Positions 50,703 to 64,000 of a stretch of 64,000 nucleotides of DNA are shown one piece after another. Origin of the DNA: Selaginella moellendorffii (lineage: Eukaryota > Plantae > Lycopodiophyta). Made by a program: the position numbers and the translations under genes. The first letter of the stretch is position 1; each line of letters starts with the position of its first letter. Under the pieces are notes generated by a model, which was not told the origin of the DNA, made no database searches, and worked only from the letters and a program-made list of their open reading frames with translations. The stretch is from contig NW_003314406.1 in assembly GCF_000143415.4 (NCBI RefSeq), forward strand, positions 81,007-145,006. The letters run 5' to 3'.

Positions 50703-53700
50703 TGTGAGACACAAAATCCTTAGGCCCCAAAGTGGAGCTGGAAGGGTGCCACATGGTAGTGGCCGAAGCGAAAGCCAAAAGAGCGTAACACGTTTGGATT
50801 AAAAGCTCCGACTTGAAAGGTCGAGAGCAGGAGTGAAACTCCCAACAAAGTGTGCTCGAGGAATGAGCACGAAGCGAGAAATAAGCGACGCTCCAAAAAG
50901 GGACCCAAAAAGGACCAACACATGACATGTGGAAGTGTCCGAGATGGACCCGAGTTGGAGTCCGAGTCTGAAGTGGAGTCCAAGATGGACCCGAGTTGGA
51001 GTCCAAAGTGGAGTCCGAAGTGGAGTCTGAGATGGACCCGAGTTGGAGTCCGAAGTGGAGTCCGAGATGGACCCGAGTTGGAGTCTGAAGTGGAGTCCGA
51101 AGTGGAGTCCGAGATGAACCTGAGTTGGAGTCCGAAGTGGAGTCCGAAGTGGAGTCCGAGATGGACCCGAGTTGGAGTCCAAAGTGGAGTCCGAAGTGGA
51201 GTCCGAGATGGACCCGAGTTGGAGTCCAAGGTGGAGTCCGAGATGGACCTGAGATGGAGTCCGAGATGGAGTCCGAGTCCGAGTCCGAGTCTGAGTTCGA
51301 GTCTAAGAGGGTAAAAGCCCAAAGCGTTCGTCTCCCAGACCCTGGGGGGTTTGGTGAGCTCCAAAAAAGCATAGTAAGGGGGAGGACTGCAGTGGAGCCA
51401 GTTTGGCCAGGAAAGGCCAGTTTGGCCCAGAAAGGCTGTACCCAGTGTTGGGTGATGAGCTGCCCACTGGGAAGTCCAAGACTAGAGTGAACACAGACTA
51501 ACAAGCGGGGTAGCTTGGTGAAGTGTTCAAGAGCCAGCTCTAATTCCCCCGGGAGATCGACTGGCCGATGCTCCCAGTCCAAGTGTGGGTGGCACTACCT
51601 ACTTGGATACCTAGCGTGGCTCAAAAGAACCTCGCTCTAAGCCCATGGCTAGAGCACCCAAAGGCAGAAGGTGGGGAGAGTACCCACGAGGCTCGCGTAA
51701 GGCCACGGTGTTCCGAAATGTTGCCCCGAAGTCCCAGATTATGGAAAGGAAGAGGAGTAGTCCTCTGGTGTAGTGACCAAGGATGCAGTCGGGTAGTGAG
51801 GAAGTCCCAGAGGACCATGGGACTTAGTGGTCGGGCTAGTGGGCCTTGATCCAGTGGCAGTGTTGGTGAACACGGCCATGGGCAAAAGGGGACTTGGTGG
51901 GGATTGGAAAAAGGATGTTGGGGAAGGTTATTCCCCATGTTAGAGGGCATTCTAAGGATGCTAAGGAGTGGATCTGGGATGATCACTCATGGACGGATGA
52001 CCCAGTCTTTGAGAGACGGGATTGTAATGTTGGTGGTGTCAGACCACCGATGTGACCAAGGTGAATGGGCATGGCCTTAGCGTAACGGGCTGGTATGTTG
52101 GTGGTACCTTGGGGTGTTGGTCATGGGATTGGACACGTGGAGCACATGTACCGAGTGCCAAGGTTGAGTGGCGGGGATGCCATTCTCGGGGCTAACAAGC
52201 CCAAGTCCGAAATAGGACTTATGGAGGATGTGAGTGAGACTCCTCCAAGTGGTCGAAGGTGTGATTAAGTGACTAAAGTAGAATGGAAAAATTAGTCATT
52301 TACAACTTGGCATCAGAGCTGTTCTTTAGTCCGACTTTTATTGGTGCTCAAGTTGATGTTGATGTTGGCATCGGAAGGTCTGAGGAGTGGGCCTATCCTC
52401 GAGAAGTAGCAGGTCAGGAAGACATGGCTCTTTATTACAATTCATGTGTGAACTTGTAGACGAAGTGGTGGATAGAAAAGGGCTAATAATGGAACGACTT
52501 TGGGATCTTGGGAACAGTGCAAGGTTTTCCTCATTGAGTTGGAATGAATGAATGAATGAATGTTTGACTCAGTAAACTGGCTAATGTAGTTGTGATAAAC
52601 AACTATAGTTGGGATCATGGGGAAGATAGAGACTCCAAAACGATAAAGGAGTCACAAGATTACCCTCATATAGTCGAGGTTGGTGCTCATGAATTTGAGA
52701 CCGAAATTAATGACTATGGGAGGTCAAATACGGAAGAGGACACAAGTCCTTGAAATGGTAGCCAGGGCTACCTCTAATAAATGCTGAAACAACCCAAGGA
52801 GTTGGGGGTGTACTTAGAGGATGAGTTGGTATTCTCATCACATGGACAAGTGGTCCTAAGGGGCGAATGGTTGCCCCTAGAGAACAAATCAAGTGTCGGA
52901 GTAACACTTACAAAAGATGGTCCTTGTGAGTAAGACATGAATACAAGGAGTTGTATTCTAGTGAGTTAGCACCTCAAAAGTAAGACCTTATAGGTCGTCA
53001 GATTAACAAAGTCCAAAAGGTTGAATGACTTCAATGGAGTCAAGGAATAATCCTAAGGGCTTGAGGAAAGCATTTGGACTGAGGTGTGTGGTGCCCCACG
53101 AAGGATGGGAAGGATCTTGAGATCCAAGCATGAGAGCAATATGTATCTCATTGATAGCAAAAGGTGCCATGCTAAAGTCGTGGGAAAGAGTTTCCCGGAA
53201 GAAAACAACTTTGACACAAAGTTGTGTATGAACTCTATGGTGCAATGCTAATGGATAATTGGTATAAAAGACAACTATAATGGTCTTGGCAAAAATACCT
53301 AGACACAAGTAAGAAGTGTCATAAAGGTAGGCTCATGGAGCTGATGGTGTGGAGACACCAAAGGTGCCAAGGCGTGCTGCCTTGAAGTCAAGTTGGCGGG
53401 TTCATGAGAACCCCTTCCAAAGGAATCCCAATGGAAATGGGAATAGCATAGCCTAAGCTGGAAGGCATGCGGTTAGAGTGTGGTGACCCAGATAATGATG
53501 GAGGTGTGGAAGCATCAGGAATGAGTTGTAGGACTTGACAACTATAAAGCAACTAAGCAAAAGATGCAAAATAATTCATAAACTGGTAGAAGGTAACTAC
53601 CTAAGACTTCTTATTGGGATAAGGAAGTTCGATATACCCTTATAAGGGATAAACTACTTATGTTGCGACATAGTAAGTCAATGTCCAAAAGGGAATGCTT

Positions 53701-56700
53701 ATTGTCAGAGAGGCCATCATTGGGACACCCAAACACTCTAGAACACCAGAAGGGGGTATTTGGTGTCATGAGGGCAATGGATAACACCCAAGGGACAAAG
53801 TCCCTAGCGAATGAAGGATAGAAGGTGCTATCAAAATGTCCAAGATTGTGGAGACAGGAGAAGTCTGTCTACCCAAATTGGATAAAGCCAAAGAGGGATT
53901 TTGGCAAGGCTAGTGATGGGCATATAAAGGCCCATAAGTAGCAACAGTGATCCCAGTGTGTGGGATTACAAGGTGAGCAAACCCGGATTGAGGAACCACT
54001 CCCTAGGCTGTCGGGTAGGTTCATCTCTATGAGTACTTGCCAAGGCATGGTAGAAAATGCAAAGCTATCTTTCTAGCTGGAAGAGAATAACCAAAGGAAA
54101 TGTATGAGGCTAAAAGGCAAGTAGTATAGGGATAGAACCAAACCATAGGAATTGACAGGCATGACCAAGGGTGGTTATGCAAGTTAGAAGTGGAGAATCA
54201 AGTGGGTGCTCAAGCATGTTGTTCCTAACGACCGGGATGCCATGGAGAGTCTAAAGCATGGGATTGTCCATGTTAAACTATATGGTAATTGGAAAGCTTG
54301 TGAAAGGAGAGGCCTTAGCAAGCCAAGGAACAGAGTTCCTTGAACATTCCCTTAGGTAGATAAATACCTAGTCAGCCAAGTGTAAATGGTTCATAGAACG
54401 TATGAAATCAGAATGGCATAGCAGAAGCGTGGTCTTGAAGCTTGCCATGAGGCAAGGCTATCAAGATTGGGGAAGTAGTTCCCGAGTGTTCAAAGAGAGG
54501 GCTTTGAACGAAAGTCGATGGTTAGGGACTTTCACGCTTATGCATGAACCATGTTATCGTGGCCAAATGACTTGCTAAGTGAGATTGGCAAGTCGGGGGA
54601 AACGAATACCCTAGTTGAAGGAGCCAACTTCAAAGGGGTGGCCTAGGGGGCCGAACATGGAGGAGTCCATGCATGATCACAAACATGTCAAGTGAGAGGA
54701 CTTGGCAGTGCGGAGGAACTAGGTTCCTAAGCTGTGATCTGTAGTGCGCTTTAAATATAAGTTGGTGCACCGGCGTGGGGAGTCACGCCAGGCATCCTGT
54801 GTGATGCCATCCCTAAATGCATATACGAAGGTTGGGTTTGAGTCCCGACCCTCTAGTGCTTGGGTTTGAGTCCCAAATCACTAGGGCGTGGTGATGGTTT
54901 AGAATATGAGGACACTCATTTTTCGGTGGTCATGGACTCTCAGTGAGGAGTCTGGTTTGGGCACACCGCCAAACGAGGGATGCCTCGGAGTCGTGATGCA
55001 TGGTTAGATTGCTTAGTGTGGCTCGGCATATCTAACTTGAACACTTTGGTGCGAGTGGCACCAAGGATGTGGTGAATGAGATGGGGACACCCAGTCTCAG
55101 TTGCTATGGACCCTTAGCTGGAAGGGCTGGCTTGGGTGCACTGCCAAGTGTGGGGGATGCCCCCAGGGTTATGGTCAACAACTTAAAGGTTTGAAAGACT
55201 TGGTACCTATTGGCAAATCTGTTAAGGTGCCAAGGTTAGATCGCTAGGTGATCTTATGGCCAAAACAAGGACAAGGTCCTTGTGAGGTTAAGGGATAAAG
55301 TTCCAAGTTCAAAGTGATGATTGGAACTATTGATGATGGTGTGGCTTGGTCAAGGTGACCAAGTGAGAAGGACACCTAAGGGAAATGAGATATGTCAATG
55401 CGATGGCATAGTGAGTCCAAGGAAAGTAGTCTCTATAAGAGACCCATGGGAGGGTCACAAAATTAGGCCGTGGATAGAGCCCACAGCAAAAGATGCTAAA
55501 GAGACGTACTAGGGGTGAACACCCTCCGGACTTGGCAAAGGAGAGTCTTTGCTATGGAACCGAAAGGATACCTCAAAAATGGAGGTAGCAATCCTATGTT
55601 GCTGGGTGCAACAATTAAGGATAGAAGCAAAAGACTAGTGGCTAAGTAAAGAGCCATGGGAATAATGGGAAAGAATCCAAATAGCAAAGTTAGGCCAAGA
55701 ACACTAAGGTGTTGGGTGCTAACGGATTCTGGAAAAGGCAATGTGTTCCCAAAGATGGATTCCCAATTGCTCCAATGTGGCGAAAGTGGAAGCTCCAAGG
55801 GTGGGAGCGGTAAGGTAGCCAAATGATAGGGCCATGGACAGCCCTAGCACAAAGTATGATAACTGGAACTTAGTGCCCAAGGTGGCACGAAATAGAAGAG
55901 AGGATGATGGTGCTCTCAAGTAGAGAACTTCCTAGAATGGGGAAGTGGAGTTGCACAATATGTGCAAAGCAAGGTGTCGGAGACACCTAAGAATTTGACT
56001 TTGAGAAGTCAAAGGTAAAAGTTCCAAAGTGCAAAGGATAGGTCGATGGAATTTGAGAATACTCGAGAATGAGTAGTGGAATTGAGTTAGAGAGGGTGTC
56101 TCTAATGGGTTTAGCGAGAACTAAACCAATAAAAGGAGAGAACCACTACAATCAATCTCTAAGTTAGAGAGACTATCCTCCTTAGAGGATGGGTAAAGTA
56201 TGGTGAGCCTTCGGTATCAAACCATTGACAAATGTTAGCGAGGTGCCAAGAATGGGAAGGGTAATACATGTTGGTATTACTTTATAAAATGGTTTATCAT
56301 TCGATGAGGACATCAAACTTCGTCTATGGGTGGTGGAGTTGTGAGACACAAAATCCTTAGGCCCCAAAGTGGAGCCGGAAGGTGCCATATGGTAGTGGCC
56401 GAAGCGAAAGCCAAAAGAGCGTAACACGTTTGGACTAAAAGCTCCGACTTGAAAGGTCAAGAGCGGGAGTGGAACTCCCAACAAAGTGCTTGAGGAACAA
56501 GCACGAAGCAAGCAATAAGCGACGCTCCATAAAGGGACCCAAAAAGGACCAACACATGACATGTGGAAGTGTCCGAGATGGACCCGAGTTGGAGTTCGAA
56601 GTGGAGTCCGAGATGAACCCGAGTTGGAGTCCGAAGTGGAGTCTGAAGTGGAGTCCGAGATGGACCCAAGTTGGAGTCCAAAGTGGAGTCCGAAGTGGAG

Positions 56701-57760
56701 TCCGAGATGGACTCAAGTTGGAGTCCAAGGTGGAGTCTGAGATGGAGTCCGAGTTTGAGTCTGAGAGGGTAAAAGCCCAAAGCGTTCGTCTCCTAGACCC
56801 TGGGGGGTTTGGTGAGCTCCAAAAGTATAGTAAGGGGGAGGACTGTAGTGGAGCCAGTTTGGCCAGGAAAGGCCAGTTTGGCCCAGAAAGGCTGTACCCA
56901 GTGTTGGGTGATGAGCTGCCCACTAGGAAGTCCAAGACTAGAGTGAACACAGACCGACAAGCGGGGTAGCTTGGTGAAGTGTTCAAGAGCCGGCTCTAAT
57001 TCCCCCGGGAGATCAACTGGCTGATGCTCTCAGTCCAAGTGTGGGTGGCACTACCTACTTGGATACCTGGCATGGCTCAAAGGAACCTCGCTCTAAGCCC
57101 ATGGCTAGAGCACCCAAAGGCAGAAGGTGGGGAGAGTACCCACGAGGCTCGCGTAAGGCCATGGTGTTCCGAAATGTTGCCCCAAAGTCCCAGACTATGG
57201 AAAGGAAGAGGAGTAGTCCTCTGGTGTAGTGACCAAGGATGTAGTTGGGTAGTGAGGAAGTCCCAGAGGACCTTGGGACTTAGTGGTCGGGCCAGTGGGC
57301 CTTGATCTAGTGGCAGTGTTGGTGAACATGGCTATGGGCAGAAGGGGACTTAGTGGGGACCGGAAAAAGGATGTTGGGGAAGGTTATTCCCCATGTTGGA
57401 GGGCATTCTAAGGATGATAAGGAGTGGATCTGGGATGATCACTCATGGACGGATGACCCAGTCTTTGAGAGACGGGATTGTAATGTTGGTGGTGTCAGAC
57501 CACCGATGTGACCAAGGTGAATGGGCATGGCCTTAGCGTAATGGGCTGGTATGTTGGTGGTACCTTGGGGTGTCGGTCATGGGATCGGACACGTGGAGCA
57601 CATGTACCGAGTGCCAAGGTTGAGTGGCAGGGATGCCATTCTCGGGGCTAACAAGCCCAAGTCCAAAATAGGACTTATGGAAGATGTGAGTGGGACTCCT
57701 CCAAGTGGTCGAAGGTGTGGTTAAGTGACTAAAGTAGAATGGAAAAATTAGTCGTTTACA
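50703..57760 (+). mobile_element. Non-autonomous LTR retrotransposon (LARD-like), 7.06 kb
   Basis: LTRs at 50703-52304 and 56340-57760, both TG...CA. TSD GTATG at 50698-50702 and 57761-57765. PBS tggcatcagagc (tRNA-iMet type) at 52308-52319. Purine-rich tract before 56340. No intact gag/pol ORF. Confidence 0.95.
50937..51305. repeat. 12-bp-based tandem array (GGAGTCCGAAGT / GATGGACCCGAG) inside the 5' LTR; shorter array at 56571-56765 in the 3' LTR
   Basis: Direct reading. It accounts for most of the LTR length difference (1602 vs 1421 bp). Confidence 0.9.
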
Positions 57761-60700
57761 GTATGGCAGTCCATAGTGAGGCCACAAGTCTTAGGCCGCT
57801 TGGGCATCATCGACCCTAGTGACATGGCAAAGACATTGAGGTATAAGATCATCCTAATGGGCCTTCACCCAGGGAAGCAACCTTGGAAGCTTATGTTCAA
57901 ACAGTGCCTCCTCGTGATCCATCCAAAACACAGAGCAACAAAGCTGCCTAGATGGTTATTTGCGGAAGGAGCAGTGAAAGGGGGGAAGATCATTAAGGGG
58001 ATTCACAAGCTGTAGAAGGCCTTCTTGATTGGATAGGTCATCCCAAATAGAGCAAAAGATTAGCTTAACCAACCACTCTTCTTCAACACTCTCTTCCAGG
58101 AGAGGGAACATACGTTAGGCAGAGAAGACCACCCAATGATCTGGTGGAAACTTCACGGAGGAGGATTTAGGACTCTTAGGCACTTGGTGGGGGTCATGGA
58201 CTAAGACCAATACACAGTCACGCAGTGACTTCAGGCTTTTGGCTTAGGACGATGTCACAAGGTCCACACCAACATGATACGTTTGCTACAAGTGACGAGT
58301 GGTGCAAGATAAGGTGGATGATGCCTAAGGTAGTGCCATCGGGTGAGGGACTTTGTGGCCATACAAAGGGACACCTAGAGCACGGAGGATCAAGTGCAGT
58401 TAGGATCCTGGACCAGGGTGTTCACAACCCTGGCCCCATCATGGATGGAGAGGGAGGTAGAGGTGTGGTTCATATCCTCCCCTAAGAAGAACTTGGGCTG
58501 CCCCTTCAGGATAATATGATAATAAACTGCTCCTAGAAGCAGGGGAGGTACATGAGTTGCCTTATGTCATGGATGGCAAAATAAAAGGGAGGATCCATAT
58601 GCTCTGTCAATCTCCTAAGAGGCTGGAGGTGGTGGAGTTAGAGCACCTACTGGAGAGTGAGGGTTTTCTGATATGGTAGCAAGAACAACTAGTCGAGGAC
58701 CTGAATTGGGACCCGGCAGCATGGAGGAGAGGGGCCAATGGCTTCTTCACATACAAGATGAAAGAGGCTGGGATGGACCTACTCACTAATAGGGAGCTAG
58801 GTAGGTAGGAGATCCCAAAACTTTGGAGGATCTAGCTCAGTCGGAATAGGTGGTGGATAATATGATGGTATTTTGGAAGCTACTAGTGCAAGAGAAGGTA
58901 AAGCTCACCTCATGGCTGGTAGCCAACAATGATCTTCTCATGGGGTAGTGGTTCCAAAAGGATGAGGATAGCTAAGGCAAGGAATATGGAGAGCTCAAGA
59001 CAGTCAAGCATGCACTATGGGAATGTGATGTGGCAAAAGCAGTATGGGGATAGATAGTAAGGTGACACGAGAGCTGGGCCATCTTCAAGACTTTGAGGTC
59101 CATGGAAGTGATGTGCTTTACTGGTTTGAAGGAGGGCAAGGCCCTTGCACAGGCCAAGGATGGTGATGCATTCCCAAGGCAAGAATGGATGGGGAACCCG
59201 AGTATGGTGGGACCACATAGGAACTGAATTAGGAGTCTCGGCTTGGGAGCTCTAGGGCATGAGTGTTGGGCACCATGGTAGGCAACTAGAGTGCATGCAC
59301 TATAGGAGGCTTGAACCATTTCAAAGGGATCCAAGTGAGGGTCTTGGCAGTGGTGATGATTTGGTAGCAGCTGTCCTTGGCTGCAGCCCACATGCACTAC
59401 TCCTTGCTGAAGGCCATAGGCAAACCGGAGAGACTAAAAACATGGAGAGCTAGATGGGTTCCATGTTTTGGTTAAGCAGATCGACTAGGCCATTTTCAGT
59501 ACATTTGTCCGAGGCATAGGATCATCCGCCTGGTAACCCGGTACTGACCACGACCAAAATGATTTCTCCAAGCATTTCCTATGTCACCTCCTATGGTTTG
59601 GGTGTTCGGGGGGTACCTGTATCATGGAAGACGAGGATTAGTAATGCAATCTCCGCTAGCTCTATCTCTCATTTTGTGAAAGTACGAAGCTAGGTTTCAA
59701 AAAATGAATTGAGATTTGCATGATTGATGCTCATGAGCCAATGTACTTAGATACATGCCCAGGCCGCACATTAGAAGTGATTTCCAAGGACTAGAGCTAG
59801 GGAACATGCTCAACCTAATCGCTATGCATTGATTCATGGATCTCGTCGTCTGGTCCAGTCATTGTCATCTTGTCTTTTTTCTAAGGGGATGATTAGAAAC
59901 TAGAATAGTCGATATCACAAGCACTACCTGGGTAGAGTCAATGAAAGCCCCTTGTGTCGCCGTGGTGCTTAGTTCTGGCGTTCTGGCCGAAAGAAGTTCC
60001 TACAGGTTAGGGGTGAATAGCAACACAGAAACCAAATCGTTTGTACCCATTTTTGGTTGGCCAGGAATGCGATAGTGAGATTCCTCGTGACCTCAGTGGT
60101 GGGTGTAAGCTCGTTTTGAGCTTTACCCAAACAAACACTTTGTTGGCACTGCTCATTCTTGTGGTGCGCAACGAAGCGGCTGTTGATCCTGGAATGGGCG
60201 GGGAATGTGTGTGGTTGTGCTAGCACACAGCCTTGCAGCGGCTCAAGCTTGCTCTTCTTGTGGATGCACTCCTGGAGAATGCGGCGGCAATGGATGCAAG
60301 CGAGAAACCCTAACATTAGGGTTTCTCCTATCGCTTCATACCTTTCGATATGAGAAAATCCAGCACTCGCAGCCATGAAGTCGAATAGCTATAGCTTGTA
60401 ATTAGGTTTGCCAATTCGTATGGTGTGTCTCTCCACGCGAGATTCTGTGAGGAATCCAAGGTTTTGTTTTTTACCATGCCATGTCTACTATGTGTCCCAT
60501 TAGTTTATCCATGGGAAAACAGAGTTTTCTGTAAACAAGATTTTCTTTAAAAATTCTTTTTAAAGAAGACCTTTTGTTAGCTAAGTGTGGGATCTGTCTT
60601 AGAGTGAGAGAGCAGAACTTGTGTTGTATTTTCCGTTTACTAATCAAAACACAAATGTAGTTGATGGTTCATCTACACGTTTTGTTCAGAGCATAACCAA

Positions 60701-60879
60701 GGACTGCATGGTAAGTTTGGGGGAACTTGTTCTTTTGTTTTTCACAGTCCAAAAAGGCGTAAATACCAAATTTATTATGTTTTGATATGATGCCCAAGTG
60801 ATGGATAGTATTGTCTAGAAGACAGAATTCCTAGCCCTCAGCTTGAGTTTGCTGAGTCATCGAGCTGTGGTGGGCAATT

Positions 60880-63800
60880 GGCCGGCTCTCTACAGACGTC
60901 AAAGAGAATATCAAGCACTGCTTGCACCGGTGCCAAGGGGTTGGTCAGAATAATATGATCTAGACCACGAAGGATGAGTCGTCTTAATGCGTAGCAATGG
61001 AATCCTTTTTCCACAAATCATTTAACAAGATTATTAATCTTAAGGACGATACCACCGGCAGTGTTAATCAGATAGAAAAGCGCAAAAACTTGTCCCAGGA
61101 TCACTTTAGATGAGTTTGTCACTGGTTAGTTTGAATCTTGATGAATGTACAATGAGACTTTGAATGGAAGTGATCGGCGCTTATCATACTTTGTGGTTAA
61201 AGAAGTACCGTCAACCCGTTTAATCTGGATCTGAAGGCTCAAGAAATCAACAGACAAGTTCACTAGCAAGCTGTCCATACCTATGAATGGATTGTCCATC
61301 TCATTTTGCATGGCAAGGAATTGTAGTAAATATATCCAGAATAGATTCCCTTCGGACTCAACTTGATCAAAGTCAAAGAAGCAGAGGATCATGGGATTGT
61401 TCATTGAAAAAAGATCGTCCATGTACCTAAAAGTGTGCTCGAAAAGGCGAAGTAAATCATACTGGCCTAGACGTGCAAGTCGAGTAAGAAAATTGTACTC
61501 AAAGTAAAAGAGGTACAGGTTACACCACAAAGGTGAGCACGAGAAGCCCATAGGAATTCCTCGGACTTGTCTCCATACTCTGTTGCCCAGCCGGACATAT
61601 GTGTTCCAGATAATAAAGTTATTTAGCTTGATAACTTTCGTTGGATCCATTCTAGTAGCCTTTACTGATGACTGGCGCAGAGGTTTCCATTCGGCCTCAA
61701 GTTTGCTGTTCTTTTTTTGAATCAGAAAAAGGTCTTTTTGGAGGTGGCTTTGGTGCACGAAAGCCAAATTGATAAGATTTGTCATAGCCGTCATGGGGCC
61801 TTAGTCTCCCTCAAGGGGGATGGCCTCATAGCACTTGGTGATACCCCTGTGTAGATCGTGGTGATCCTATCTGGGAGATTAATCGCAAACTCCTATGTGG
61901 ATCCAAGGATCCAGCATGTGTTTGTCTTTCCTCTAAAGAATTTTGCCCGTGCGTAGAAATCATCAACCACGTTTTGTGATGCCTCCTATATCCCTTTTAG
62001 GATAGCTGTTAGGCAGATTGTGATTTCAAAGAAGACACATCCGTCTTCATTCGTTAACTAGCGCATTTTATTCTTGTGCACTTTATAGATTCCCATGAGG
62101 TAAGGGAGATCTGGTTGTTGAGGCAAAATTCCTATAGGAGTGGTTCACTGAGCAATTGTTTTACAACTTTCTCAAGTGTTTTAGGGACATTATTGTCCGA
62201 GACTGCAAGTGAGAAGTCGTTGCTATTCATCTGCACAAGCGCTTCCCCACGGGCTAACATTTTGCAAAAGAAGGTGGGTGTGTTAGCCGCTTTATCGGTG
62301 CCACTAATGTACAAGTGTTTATGTACCCACTCCAGTTGCCGTTATGCCTTGGGGGTGGTCATCACATCTACGGTTGTGGTGGTCTAGCAATTTTGTATTG
62401 CCATGGTAGTTAATATGCTGTTTAACAGCAGCTTCGTTACTTGGCCAGTTGCAGATGTAGACATCCAGGATTATACTGGCAATCTGATCCCAAGCTTCAC
62501 AGATTTCAGCAATGATTTTTGCCGTTTGGAGTGGTTTCGGAGTGATGTGATTGAGGCCTTTCTCGATGACAGCCATGAGTATGCGTGAGCCAAGGATCTT
62601 TGGATCCAGTGTTCCCACATGGCCAGTCTCGTCGAGGTAGGTCACCTATGGCCATCGTTTGCATTCACAAACAAGAGGCTCAAGAGTGTCCCAGTTACAA
62701 AAAACCTCTTTGGGTTTATAAAAGTCATTTTTGATCTAGGGCTCATACCTCCAGCCAAATACGATGGGATCCAGGAGTTCCATGTCTAGACCAATCATTT
62801 CCATGAGAGTGCGGATACTGATCCTCTCGAATCCGACACTGATATATCGAAGGTGTACGAATTTTTGTTCGCTCTCTGTTCCCTCTTTGACCAGCCATTT
62901 TCGTTCGGCCAAATGATGGATGTAGTGTAAAGTACACTGTGGAAGCAATCACGAGAGCATTTTCATTAGCTACCAATCATGGAAGGAGAAAACAGAAATT
63001 TATTTATTGCTGCTTTCTTTCACTAAGCCTTTTGCGTAGCTTCTGTTTGTTCGAGCTTGCATTGGCCTCGAATGTCTTGGAAATTGATGGTGGTGTGCCT
63101 GTCTCCTGTGATGTCAGTCCCATGGACATTTGTCCGTTGGGATGATCATGTTTCCGATTTGGTGGTAAGCCTCAAGACCTTGCCGGCGTGCATTGTGAGG
63201 ACAGTGTAGGTGAGAAAGCTCCATTACTTTCATTACCGTCACGTCGTGAGGACATTGGGGACCTGTACTGCTGGACAGGGATGAACTTACATATGTTCAT
63301 CTTAGTTTGTCCATGAGGGATGAACTCCAGATCCCGGTTAGCTGGCTTTTTTGCCACCTCAATAGCGGCTGCTTGCATCCATTCTCAGATTTGAAGGAAG
63401 GCAGCTGTCTGGAGGATCACCTGCGGATTAGCCATGAGTAGGGATAGGAAGATGGCAAGGCAGTCTGATGATGTCAAACTTGAGTCTGGCCAGTACTTGT
63501 CTAGATTGTTAAGCATGTACCAGAACAAGGAGTCAAGCCAGACAATTCCTCCTTCACATCCCTGGCAATCACAGCAATAGTATGGTCAAAGCTGGTTCCA
63601 TGTACGTTGATCTCCTTGTGATAGGTTCCAGCTTTTTGTATTCAAAAAGGCATCACCATCACAGCGTCCATGGAAAGTAGCCTGCTTGAAAACATCATCC
63701 GTAGTCTTTTGGAATGGGATAGCCGGTTTGTAAGCATAATTCCCCAGTGTTGCATGTCCGTATGATGCTTCCAGTGTTTGTTTTGACCACTGTACTGCAT

Positions 63801-64000
63801 CCAGTCGTAGCAAAGCCACCATCTGGATCCAGTTGGATGCCTCCAAGGGAGACGTCCAACCTAAAAGATTTGTGAGTGTCCAGAACTTATGCAGTTCTGG
63901 AAGGCGGTGGGAGGCTGCATCGAGAACTCGTGTGGTGGCGAAGGGGAACTTCCATCCACTCAAATTCTCCAACGGGTCAAACATGATACGACCATTATCA
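60880..64000 (-). mobile_element. Degenerate Penelope-like retroelement (Chlamys/Naiad-type RT), running off the window end
   Basis: CECKRW..LDETGHVGTLD, KGLNH, GTDKAANT, RQVRGIPMGFSCSPLWCNLYL, FRYMDDL, DFLSLQI, KYDKRR. Contains stops and frameshifts. Confidence 0.88.

Larger units (their letters stand above)
46400..59500 (+). mobile_element. Degenerate L1-type LINE interrupted by the LTR element at 50703-57760
   Basis: GMITLIPKQGDLQELWNWRSITMLN, DFEKVYD, GCPLVLYLF and FTNDTTL at 49400-50700. It resumes after 57765 with GRLGIID and zf-RVT-like KHALWECD (~59000). Outer boundaries are approximate. Confidence 0.75.

Noticed and set aside
50668-51582. Long ORFs in several frames (also 56435-56986)
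   Set aside because: They result from the stop-free 12-bp tandem array in the LTRs.
60830-60872. Possible hammerhead ribozyme at the 3' end of the Penelope element (minus strand cagctcgatgactcagcaaactcaagctg)
   Set aside because: The core boxes deviate from CUGANGA/GAAA and the stems are not convincing. It needs a covariance-model search.

Overview
Eukaryotic land-plant genomic DNA. Very short introns, a CYP88 remnant, a TMC channel gene and Penelope-like elements suggest a lycophyte such as Selaginella (inference). It is a TE-rich region containing SDR and CYP88 pseudogenes, a small gene cluster (EB1 C-terminal-like, coiled-coil/Sfi1-like, TMC-like), a gypsy remnant, a LINE interrupted by a non-autonomous LTR element, and two Penelope-like RT remnants. 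The standout is a 16.8-kb DNA transposon (10472-27300; 24-bp TIRs, 4-bp TAAG TSD) inserted into a Harbinger transposase gene. It carries a Sola-like transposase and a divergently transcribed multi-exon cargo gene with ParB/Srx-like, degenerate amino-methyltransferase-like, acidic and FCP1/HAD phosphatase-like parts. About 35 copies of a 22-bp palindrome (ATGGCRTGWGGCCWCAYGCCAT) are scattered through it, mostly in introns and intergenic DNA, and I saw none outside the element. All domain calls come from motif recognition by eye, not database searches.
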